DNA from: Azolla caroliniana | Taxonomy: Eukaryota > Plantae > Polypodiophyta | Length of the DNA: 64,000 nucleotides | Direction: 5' to 3' | Assembly: GCA_043228905.1 (NCBI GenBank) | Contig: JBHGNT010000018.1 | Span: forward strand, 10,540,001-10,604,000 | Shown: positions 47,901 through 59,047 of the stretch, in pieces | How positions within the stretch are numbered: position 1 is the first letter of the stretch | Layout: every line of letters begins with the position of its first letter | Notes under the pieces: model-generated | Database searches by the model: none | Seen by the model: only the letters and a program-made list of their open reading frames with translations | What the model was told of the DNA's origin: nothing | Position numbers and translations under genes: made by a program

Positions 47901-50900
47901 CTCCGATGTGGTCTGAGACGAATCTCCGACACCCATCCGGTCCGACCATTTCGTCCTTATCCTCCACCAGACATCCCTTGATCGGAATGTCATCCAAAAA
48001 TGGCATGGTGATGTCCGGGATGCAGTCCCTTAGCACCTTATTCATCGCATTCACCATGTGCGCTACCGAGTTTGTCCCTCCTTGCAGAAGGGTACACATC
48101 CGCACTAGGCCGAGAGGAGTCCGCATCCTCGTAATATCCCTGCTTTCTACAACTACTTGGAATTGGTCGTACCCCGAGTACAGATCTCCGACCGAGTAAA
48201 TTGACCTTCCAGCGAAGGCCTCCACGAACTCGTCAATGGTCGGCCCGATCCTTGCGTTCCGAATGGTCACCTTGTTGACCGGCTACAGGTCCTGAATAAA
48301 GCGCAACGTGTCGTTCTTCTTAGGCACGATAAACCACCGATTCGAGTATGGGGTATTCGAAGGTTCGAGGATGCCCATCTCCACCTTCTGCTTCAACAGC
48401 TCCATCAGCTTCGGGATGTGAGCTCTGGGTAGTGGAATCAGTTTGAGATTCCATGGCACATGCGGTACCGTAAAGATAACCATCGACTCAACGACCGTCG
48501 GGTCCACACACCCGATCTCTTCCGGTGAGAATGCGAAGACCTTCCCATGCCTCCCGAGCATTCCCCGAAACCGCTCCTCCTCCACCGGCAGTAGAAAGCC
48601 AACCCCACCAACCTTGAGCTCCTGTAGCGTTATGTCGGTGAACCGGTGTCCTATGCCGGCCGGATCCCGTAGACTTGGGTCCGACACGACCAACCTGTTG
48701 CCCTCCCACAAGGGTGCCGCGATTGGCCTCACCTTCCGGTCCATAGTCTTGTGCTTCGTATGCACATGGGCCGTCCAATCCAACTCGACCCTCTCCCGGA
48801 AGTCGGCGATGACTTCGTACATCTTTTCTCAATTAACCGGAATCGTCTGGTCTTCGCTGAGGCCTTCTTTGAACAACTTCTTTAATTCCCCCAAGGTGTC
48901 ATCGAGAGAGACCGCCTCCACAGCTCCACCAATCTCATCGTCAGGGCCTAGGACTCCGCACGCCCTGAGACGTTCCTCTACCCACTTCTTCTCCCGGCCG
49001 CTAATGCCGGTTATCGTACAACCTCCGTTGTTGGAGAACCAAAATTTCCTATCTATAGTACAGGGCTTCCTTCCTATGGTACACGTGTGGGGTGTCTTTG
49101 GGGAGTCCGGACTATCGCGGCCCCACGCCTTGATAGCCCTCTCTAAAAATCCCCTCAGCTTTCGCCGCCGCGGATCTTGCAGTTGCACTCATGGTTTGGT
49201 CGCACCGTCAGAAATTAGACGGAGTGTCGCCCATCTTAGCTCTTCACGCATGTGTATGCCGAACCGTTATCCAGCACTTTTGTCTCCATACGTGTTGCCG
49301 TAATGTACGGTTCTCCAAGTATCACCGGATGCGAGGATGTTTCCTGCACGAAGAAGTGTTGGTCAATCTCGACATCACCAATTTTCACTCGTACATTCGG
49401 GCAGGCCCCATCCCATGTAACTCCTCCGTGGCGCGCGTCACCGCTTGTATTTTCCACCCGTGCTTGGTGTTGATCGGCCACTTGCCCTTCTTGTAGAAGT
49501 CCATAGACATTAGGTTAATCTCCGAACCGTGGTCTACCAATGCCACCATCGGCTCCTGAACGTCCCCGATCCTAACCGAGGTCTCCGTAGTGGCTCTTGC
49601 CCAATGCAGCTTTGAATAGTGGCTTTCCGCCAAATCGTCTTCCAGGGCCATGTCTTCTAGGTGCGTCGTTCGCACCTCAACCGGCTTCTCTGGCTCCGGC
49701 TCCGGCTCCGTCGAAAGCCTTTTTCGTTTCATTAGGTCCACGATGGAGTCATGAAATTCTTTCTTGGCGATCCCAAGCACTTCCCTCAGCGACAACTCCA
49801 CCTTGTTGTCGAGGATTCGTTCCTCAAGGACCTTCCGCAGGTCCGTCGTTCTTTCTATCTCGATGCTCAACCGATAACCGGCTTTCTTTGCTTTATCCGG
49901 TGTGCCGGTAGCACCGGCGTCATTTTGCTTCAGCCCGAACCGGGTCTCCTACCGCTACGAGGGTTCGGCCCCTCCGGCCTTTCCCGAACGCTTGTCTTCT
50001 ACCAGAACCTCGTGGTTCTAGCAGGTGGCTTCCACAAAGCCGGTCTTTTCTTCGACTGGATCGCTCCACCCGGTGTCCTCCCAGACCCTTTTTTCTGCAC
50101 AGTCTGCTTCCTCCCTTCTCAACCGCATGCCGGCGAGGCCTTCTAGCACCACAGGCCAGACCCCGGAGTCTTTCGTCTTCCGGCCTTCGTCACTCCCGAC
50201 CCGGATTCCTGCCGACACCGAGTAGTGGATGGTTTCTGCGTGGCGCGCAACTGCTTCTTCCATCAGCCTCTTCATTCCTCCCCGTCCGATATTCAGCTCC
50301 AAGGCTCTCCGGGTCTCGCTAGCATGTACCCTCACGTTCCATAGGTACACCACATTAGCCCTTATTGCTTCTGCGAAGTCCACGCAGTCCTTCCGAACGT
50401 GACCGACCGCGTCACACGACAAGCACCGATGCCCACTCGAAGGCCTTCAGTCGCGAGGTTGCTCGCCGTTGTCCCTCCTTGCTTGTGCAATCTAGAGGTC
50501 TCGTACCATCTGCGTCAGTTCTTCTAAAGCCGCTCCGCCAGATAGGCCCTTGACCACGTCGGACGAGCCTCAAGCCAATCCCGGGTTTCCTCCTTGCGCG
50601 TCGGCGAGGGTCCCTCGAGGTTTCTTGCCGCAACCGCTCCTGCCCCCAACGAGCCCTTGTCGACCCACTCGCGCTGTTTGTCGAAACGGCCCCAAACCCC
50701 TTTTACCATGGCCCAGTCGGCCGTCAGCCCATCGTCCGTCTCTAGCAGGAAACCCACTTGCTCCCGATCCCGCACGTCCACAGCTTTGACGAATAAAAGG
50801 ACACGGCTCGTGTCCAGTACGTTCCTGTCCAGTGCCGAAAGACGTGCGAAGCGTTCCTCAAACTCCCGGAGGAGCGCCGATGCATTCCTCCCCTTTTCTA

Positions 50901-51975
50901 GAGTCTCCATCCAATCCATAAAGTCCCGCTTCGATAACCGATGCGTGTCATCAAGCCCGTACCGCTCGAAGAGCCGTGCTTCGAATCCCCCCCAGGTCCG
51001 GCATCCAGCCTGCACCTTGAGCACTTCCGCGTGGATGCCCGATGTCGCTACCTGCAGGAACCCAAACAGACGCCTCTCCTCCAGGATGTCCCTCATCACC
51101 ATTTCAGCCCGGTAGGCCACCAAATAACTCGTGGGGTCCTTCCCATCGAACCGGCCTATTGCACCGACAATTGCTTCAATGGCCCTGTCAAGGGCGCCCG
51201 TGCCCTCGCGAGCACTTACTATCCGATCGACTGTTGCCGCCATGGCTTCAGCGAGCTCTGATCCCCTCATTTTCGATTCCTTTGCCGCCTTGTTTCACGT
51301 CAGGTTCACCAAATAATGTCGTGTTATTCTGCACGCTCAAGAGAAACCAAGGTGGGATCGCGAGTGCCCTGAACCGAGAAATAACCGAACAGAGGGAGGA
51401 GCACTACGAAACCACGGCCGAGCCGCGCACACAGATTCACAGAGATTTCACAAACAAGGTCGAGCAATGAATAAGGCAAATGTGTATATGTATATATGTA
51501 TATATGACCAAAATTACAGCCGGCTAGCCGGTAAGTGCCAACTTGCTGACACTAACTCACACAACGCACACGACAACAAGAGATGGAGCCTCTATTGGAA
51601 GCACTCGGGCTTTCCGCGAAAACAGAGGCAGCCTCCCAACCTACAGAGAACGACGAAAAACAGAGAAGAAGATCTTGGTTTCAGTCCGACAGCACTTCGT
51701 CCTCGAAAACGCGATCCCCACTCAGCCCCTTTTCCTCTCGTTTTATAGCACAAGGAGAGAGAGTCGTTACAGACTATTACATCACTTTTATTCTCTGTCC
51801 TTTCGAACAGAGATCCTCTTCGATTCCCTACCTAACGAATTTGTGCTTCCTAGGATAATTACATCGCCGACCTGTACTTAACTATGTAAATACATCAAAA
51901 CATGTGCCTGTGTGTAAGGGTCGGTTCACGCACACTATACACTGCTTTCTCCTAGGGACGGTTTTCTCCATGACA
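44940..51975 (-). mobile_element. Full-length degenerate gypsy G5 (fungal/Ylt1-like RT), tRNA-Trp primed
   Basis: LTRs at 44940-45596 and 51317-51975. PBS tggtgaacctgacgtgaa at 51294-51311. PPT aggtgggggcgga. 4-bp TSD acgt/acgc. Confidence 0.92.
45670..51270 (-). pseudogene. gag-pol: G5 gag-PR-RT-RH-INT with stops and frameshifts
   Basis: CxxCDAVGHVRKDC, LVDHGSEINL, DLYSGYDQF, QGGTNSVAH, FLDDIPIKG, GHRG...YWW...CESCQ, ADRGE, YNPEANGKVERGH, WFGPY. Confidence 0.9.
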
Positions 51976-51979
51976 ACGC

Positions 51980-54360
51980 GCTATGACCATTATGAGTTTT
52001 TGGTTATGCCTTTTGGTTTGACCAATGCTCTGGCTACATTTCAACAAGAAAACAACTTGGAAAATTTGTTGTTATTTTCTTGGATGATATTTTAGTTTAT
52101 AGCCGTACATTACAAGAACATGTTAAACATGTTCACTTTGTTTTACAAACATTGCGTGACAAATAGTTTTATGCGAAGATCTCAAAATGTGAGTTCTTCA
52201 AGAAATCAATTACTTATCTTGGACATCTCATAACCGAACGAGGAGTTGAAATTGATCCTTCTCGCATCGAGAAAATCAAGCTTTGGCCCACTCTTCGGAA
52301 CATTCGAGAAGTTCGATCATTCCTTGGTTTTGTCGGGTTTTTGCGAAAATCCCTTCGTAATTACTACCAATTGACGACGTCGTTTACTAATCTTCTAAAA
52401 GGTCAAACGCGTAAGTCTACAAAACATATTGTCTAGAATGCTACACTAGACCTCGCTTTTAAGGAACTCAAGGACCTGGTGTGCAAGGCTCCTTCACTTC
52501 TTCCACATGATCCTTCAAAACCTTTTGAGGTTGAAACCGATGCAAGCGATTATGTTATAGGTGTTGTCTTATATCAAGATGGTAAACCAATAACATTCGA
52601 GAGTAAGAAACTTGATTCTGCTCAATGTTGGTATACCGTTCAAGAAAAGGAATTATTTGCAGTTATACATGCACTCAAAACATGGCGCCATTATCTTTAT
52701 GGAAATGGCTTTGTGGTAACTACGGACCACGAGTCCTTGAAATATTTTTGTGACCAACAAGACCTGAAAGGTCGTAAGGCACGATGGGCTAATCTCATCC
52801 AGGACCTTGATTTTTCCATACGATATTGTAAAGGTTCCATGAACATTGTCCTAATGCACTAAGTCGCATCCGTGAAGTTAACATGCTTAGCTTCACTGAA
52901 ATAACGTCAGATCTTTATGATCACCTTCGAGGAAAGTATCCTAATGATAGTTATTTTGCAAAATATTGGGCAAGAGTTGAGTCTGGAACAGACACCACCA
53001 CATCCCCGAAGGAATACTTCGACATTGCTAACGATCTGCTCTACCATAATGGGAAGGTTTGTGTTCCAGATTTACCCAAGGTCAAAAAGAGGATTCTTTT
53101 TTAATGCCATGATGCACCCTCAGTAGGGCACCCTGGAATACATCGCACACTCGTTCTCATCTCCACTCAATTCTATTGGCCTAAGATGCGCCATGACATA
53201 CATAGTTATGTGACTAAATGTCACCAATGTCAAGTTAACAAAACCGAGCGACTTAAAGCCGCAAGACTTTTACATCCCTTGGCCATTCCCAATAATAAGT
53301 GGGAAAGTATATCCATGAATTTTATTGTTAGCCCTCCTCGCACCCAAAAAGGCCATGATGCCATCTGGGTTGTGGTTGATAGACTAACTAAAATGGGCAG
53401 ATTTATTGCTACTAAAACCACGGTAACAACTCTTGAATTGGCTTACCAATTCGTTGACGAGTTATTTCGTTTTTATGGGTTACCGATGGATATCGTGAGT
53501 GATCAAGATCCAAAGTTTACTAGTGACTTCTGGACGCAAGTCTTCAAGAAGTTAGAAACTACATTGAGCATGAGCTCCACAGATCATCCTTAATCTGATG
53601 GATAGACAAAACGAGTAAATCAAATTATTGAGCATATGCTTCGAGCATGCGTTGGTTCAAAACCAACAAAATGGGAACGTTATCTCCCAAATTTGGAGTT
53701 TGCTTATAACAGCTCCAAGCATACGTTGACGGGATATAGTCCTTTTATGTTGATGTATGGTTTTCAGCCACGAGCCCCGATTGATGTTAATATACATCAT
53801 GATGAGTTGCGAAGTACGCAAAACTTTCTTCGGGATATGCAAGATATGTTGCATATTGCACGAGATAATATAAAAACAGCTCAAGATAGAGCGCGTTTTT
53901 ATGCCGATTATCATAGGCAACCTCGTGTATTCAACCCTAGACAAAAGGTATTTTTACGTGTACCTCACAATTCTAAGACATTGTCTAAGGGTAAGTGCGC
54001 TAAGTTAGCCCCACGGTTTTGTGAACCTTTTACAGTCCTCAAACGCATTGAGTCATCAGCCTACCGTCTCGCTCTTCTCGATGGTGTTGAAATTCATCCA
54101 GTTTTTCATATGAGTCGTCTAAAAGAACTTCTAGGTTCTGGCAACAATACAGTTACAATTGAAACTCTAGTTACTTCTGAAGAATTATCTTCTAAACCAC
54201 ATGTACCAGAAAGAATTCTCGATGTTCAAACAAAAAAATTACGTACTAAAGAAATCCGAGAATTTAAAATAAAATGAATGGATAAATCAATAAAAGATGC
54301 CACATGGGAACCCAAAAATACTCTCAGAACTAACTTCCCTAACTTTCCATTGCAAGAGTG
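51980..54360 (+). pseudogene. pol: G4 RT end, RNase H, integrase and chromodomain
   Basis: [48 protein letters not shown]...FKIK*...DATWE. Confidence 0.9.
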
Positions 54361-54838
54361 CAATGTTTTAAAGAGGGGTAGTATGTTACGGGCATGACCA
54401 TATAATATCCCGTGGTGAGAATTTACCGTAGAATTCTATACACGTGGATAAGTGTGAGGGTTAAACGAGAATGTAAAGAAGGGGAGGATTACTTTTAATC
54501 CTCGGGATTGAGACAATCCATTAGGCCAAGTGTGAACTTGTCTAGGGGCCTTGGGTATCACTATAAATAAGAGGCCTAGCTACCCTCAATTCATCATCTT
54601 TTGACTCCGTTGAGACTCTGTTCTTGTGGTGGGTCAACTCTTGTAGCGAGTGTGCCAACACCAGGTACGACTCGACTCCACGGCGGTGGTATGGGACATC
54701 GATCAAGGCTCGAGTCCGTCTCGATCCCTTCCCTCGGGGGTGGTCGGGTGGATCGGCACCCTTCTTTCTCTCTATCCTTTCTATCTAGATCTATGTTTTA
54801 TCCTTATTTTATGCTTACATTAGTTCATGTCTTTAATA

Positions 54839-55801
54839 GCTCCCATTGTCATCAGGGAGCTATGTTTATCCATTTCCAGCACCCGATCGATGACTTGATT
54901 CATTGTGCTGGCCTGGAATCTAGTACCACGCACATCGTTCAGAGGGGTTCCGCGTTCACCTCCTTCTCCAGAGGTGCCCTTGTTAACTAGTTGTGTAGTG
55001 TTTGAAATCAGATGATAAATTGGGGCACTGTCTCCTGCTCCTCTTGGTGGGTTGTGTAAAAGTGACCGACTAGTTTGCACTGTTCCACTTGCCTATGGAA
55101 TAGTCAGAGGAATTTTGTTTTCAAGGCCTCAAATGTGGCAAAGCTTCCGGGTAGGTGATTTGCGTGCCAGCGGGCCGCCGGTCCCTCTAATTTCATGCCG
55201 AATTCGGCAATTTTTTACCATTCGGCTTCCAGTTTGGTCAGCCTTTGGGACACATGATTTGCTTCCCATGTTTGTAGGAACGCATAGACATGCGCCTCCG
55301 CATCAGGGTCATCATGGTACTTCAGATACGGGTACGGCATGGTGTAGTCTTCAGAAGGTTGTACCAGAGATGTGTGGTCTAGTTCTTGCTCTGCGGGTGG
55401 TGTTGGTGCATGGTTTTCCGCTTTCTCCGCGGGTGGTGTCAATGAGCCGTCTGATTCGTCGTCCTCCGGATCGTCCGGAGTATCGTGGTTGCTTTTGTAA
55501 TTCGACTGAACGCTCTGTCACTATCCGATTCTGACTCTAAGGCCGAGAATGCCTCCGAGTCTCTGTTGCCTTCGGCAAGCGTCCACAATCGCGATTCTGC
55601 CTCTTGCAGGCTCGTCAAACTACTGCCCTCGTCAGAAAGTTGTTGTTTTTGGAACCGAAGTGCGACCCTCCAAAGCACTTGGGGAAAAGACCAATCCTGT
55701 CGGATCTCCTCGGCCGCTTGATGGAAGGCTTCCCACCTTTGTTGTCTTTCGACTAGTCTTCTTCCTCGTTCGATGACTTGGTCGTTAGTCGGTCGAGACA
55801 T
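54839..55801 (-). pseudogene. gag: G2 gag N-terminal region
   Basis: Frames start just after the G2 PBS; PYPYLKYHDDPDAEAHVYAFLQTWEAN. Confidence 0.7.
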
Positions 55802-57344
55802 CCATCCCCTAGTGTTCTATCCTCACTGCAGGAATCATGGTCGCCAAAATCTCTGTTATCCTTTAGGTTGGACAAGCCCTAACACAGGGTATCCCTATGG
55901 AACACTTCACCAAAGGGTGGTACGGTGAGATATGGATAGACCGTGGTATTGAATGGGTCTTAATTGGTTACTAACCGGTATTGTTATTGATCGTAACACA
56001 CGCATAAGATTAATTATATTAAGCATAGAACGGTAACCAAATAGACACTAAACAATATGTAAAACAAGAACGCTTTTATTAATTATTTGTCCCTAATTAT
56101 ATTCTCGCCAAGTCCTTTTATAGGTCTCCGACTGAGTTACAAACCGGTGCCAACCGGCAACCGGAAACCGGCAACGGATCTGGTCTGGATCCGAATCGGC
56201 ATACCGATTATGGGTCCGTCCGCCCGCCCGCTTCTCAAAATAACATAATACTTATTAATTATAACTCCCTATCCCTAATTAAATACCCCTTTCACATTCT
56301 GGACTCTAACTGGCCCTTTGGCCTTGCCGACCAACACCACTCATGATGCATCAATGGGAAATCGAGAAGGATGCATTTGAATCACCAAATGTACATGATT
56401 AAGAAGTCCTCTAAATTGTGATCGCGTTCCATCGAACTTCATAGGAAGACCGGTCTTGGGTTCCTTGGGAGTCCCTTGAGTGTTTGGTCCTTGTTGTTGC
56501 AATGACACAATAGTTGCTTCAAGTTGTTGCACGCATAACGTCAACTCCCCATGTTGTTATTGTTTTCTAGAGCTATTTGTTGAAGATCCCCCAACAAATG
56601 ATGATATTCTTGTTCTAGTGCTACAAACTTTTCTTTTAAGCACTAGAGCTCAAAGAAAACGGATTGGTATTCTTGAGCGCTAACAATTGCCATTTAGTAT
56701 TCGAGGAAGGAAGGATAAGAGGATTAGTATGAAAGGAAGGAGGGATAAGAAGATAGAAAATTCGGTTCAAATTGTTAGGGATAATACTAGAGGCAAGAAG
56801 AGTTAGTCTAAATATAGAGGAGAAGAATGAGGATTAGTACTAAGAAGGGAAAGAGTGTGTGAGAATCACGAGAGGGGAAGAGAGAGAGAGAGAGAGAGAG
56901 AAATAAAGAAATATTAACATCTTCTAAGGCCAAATTTGGTCCATGAGACAATTGGTTTACAACAAATGAGTATTTATCCAGTCATCATAACTAAAATAAA
57001 ATAGAACTTAAGCTAAAAGAGTTCTAAGAGAGAGAATGATGACAACAAGAAGTATATTACATTATATGAAGAAAGATACAAGAGTAGCTACGAGGCTTAA
57101 GACCAACCTTGAATCAAATTGGTTCTGAATAATGCCACGTGCCTCTATTTATAGTACTCTCAGGAGTACTCCTGAAGTTTCTAGAATGTTCCAAAGTAAT
57201 CTGGAATATACATGAATTTCCTATGGTGAAATAATATCTTTCGTATTACAATGCATGGTTTAATAGTAAGGGTTTAACACATATAAACAAGGTCATGGGT
57301 TCGAATCTTTTTGGAGCCACACCATGCCATATCATGACAAGTTC

Positions 57345-57560
57345 TAGATGGCTCTGAATATGAAGTTGTTGTTGTTGACTCCAAAATCGCCCGCAACAAA
57401 CTAATTATTTGGTTGATTGGTTAGGTTATACACCTAATGATTGAACATGGGAGCCTGCAACAAATCTTGCTAATGCCTCCACTATGGTTGCTGCTTTTCA
57501 CACCAAATATCCCCATAAGCCTAGTCCAAAGTCCTGTCTTACAACTCGTGAACTCGTCGT
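57345..57560 (+). pseudogene. G0 chromodomain
   Basis: EYEV...DSK...YLVDWLGY...*TWEP...FHTKYP; continues the PPPIEV sequence that ends at 5352. Confidence 0.85.
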
Positions 57561-57576
57561 CAAAAAAGGGGGATAA

Positions 57577-58582
57577 TGTCATGATTACATATATTTTGGC
57601 TTACTAGGATTCTAATCCACAACCTTTTAATATATATGTCAAACCTTAAACCATTATGATAATATATACAAAAGATATATGATATATAGTCATAATAATT
57701 ATATTATTAATTATTGTAAGATATTTAGAGTATTCTCGAACATTCTAGAATATTCCACGATGTTAGATAACAAGTTCCTTCGGATGGGAAGAAAAGAACG
57801 AATCAAATCAGGTGGAGTAAGTGGGTAATTCAGCCGAGGCCGAAAACCGATTATAAAACCAATTCGGGAGACTATATTTGTAAATAGTCAAAAAGGAACT
57901 TGTTATTTGTAAATAGCCAAAAAGTTGTATAAGTATAAATACAACTAGGGCAAACTTTATGAGTGTGCGAATCATTTTGTAGTTGATCATTATTGTTGTA
58001 TAAGTTGAGAAGGCAGTTGCCTTTGTAACTAGATAGGAGAGAGTGAGAGTTGTGTGTAACTTTGTAGTTGTCAATTGACGAATAAGAGTTTCAAGGTCGT
58101 TGCCTTGAATCCTCTTGTTGTACTCCTCCCTTGATAGTGATTTGTTTTGGAGTTTGTGGACTCCACGTGGTTTTTCGCATTCAGGTTTTCCACGTTAAAG
58201 ATCTATGTCTCTGTATCTTTTGTTACTATTCTTCGTTTTTTGTCTGGACATGGTCTTACTCGTTTTTCTTGCACCCAAATACGAGACAAGAAATTAGTTG
58301 TGGCCGGTTCCGATCCCAACACATGATTATCCTAAATATTGTAAATATCTTAAAAACTCTAGAACATTCTAGAATATTCCATAATGACCTATAAATAGGT
58401 GTCTACTAATTCATACAAACTCATTTGGTTCAACACCAGTCTTTAGTTCCTTGACATACTCTTTGTAACCCTTGTTCTCTTATAATATAAACTCCTTTCC
58501 ATTTCTAGTCTTCTCTCTCTCTCTCTACCTTCTATCATCATCTTTTTCATCATTCTCTCTCTCCTACTCTCAAGTCACGACA
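57577..58582 (+). mobile_element. G0 3' LTR (right end approximate), interrupted by a solo LTR
   Basis: PPT aaaaaaggggga, then tgtcatga (same start as the G1 LTR). TATA box at 58390. Confidence 0.7.
57761..58321 (+). mobile_element. Solo copia LTR
   Basis: TG...CA ends, TSD cacga/catga, similarity to 4448-4973. Confidence 0.85.
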
Positions 58583-58919
58583 ATTGCAACTCGATGTTTG
58601 CTCCTAATGAGAACCTCAAGCTTGCTAAATTATTATAGTGATTTTGCTAATTTATATTTAGCTATTAAGTTATCGTTTTAAATCTTAGTGTAGTGCACAT
58701 TTCGCCATGTTTATCCATAAAATCCATTATGGGTATTTGAAAACAATCCCATGGCATGCTCAAAAAAAGAAAGGAAACATTCGCCAAAACACTCTTAAAG
58801 TTTCTCGAAATACCCAAATTGGATAAACCCAAACACCAAGATTCAAATAAGACTATTGGCACTAACATTAGATGACAATGCAGGATGTAGGGGTTGAATG
58901 CATGATTGATTGGAAAGGT

Positions 58920-58921
<2 letters not shown>

Positions 58922-58956
<35 letters not shown>

Positions 58957-58974
58957 TCTCTCTCTCTCTCTCTA
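58922..58974. repeat. (CA)n-(CT)n compound microsatellite
   Basis: Read directly from the sequence. Confidence 0.95.
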
Positions 58975-59047
58975 TGGATTCTTTCTTTTTGTGTGGCTCT
59001 TTGTGGGAGAAGCAAATATTCTGTCTTTATCCCCCCTACTACAGTGG

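Larger units (their letters stand above)
40837..54838 (+). mobile_element. Gypsy chromovirus G4 (Tekay/Reina-like) with a long 5' UTR; RT split by G5
   Basis: 5'-truncated LTR at ~40837-41265; 3' LTR at 54384-54838. PBS tggtctcagagcc at 41268. PPT aaagaggggtag. Confidence 0.9.
24941..56336 (-). mobile_element. Non-chromovirus gypsy element G2 (Athila/Tat-like pol) with an extra 3' ORF
   Basis: LTRs at 24941-25411 and 55854-56336. Perfect TSD ccact. PBS begins tggcgacca (tRNA-Arg-like) at ~55838-55846. Confidence 0.9.
5353..57339 (-). mobile_element. Gypsy chromovirus-like (Tf/Tcn1-like) element G1 carrying ~47 kb of nested insertions
   Basis: 5' LTR at 56773-57339; truncated 3' LTR at 5353-~5617. 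TSD agttt (5348-5352) / agttc (57340-57344). gag at 56341-56544 and 24589-24939, PR-RT-RH at 22925-24112, INT at 5620-6620. Confidence 0.85.

Noticed and set aside
48443-49303. Long antisense ORFs (also 29337-30341, 8204-8995 and 7578-8276)
   Set aside because: They are shadows of GC-rich or low-complexity sense coding sequence and carry no independent motifs.
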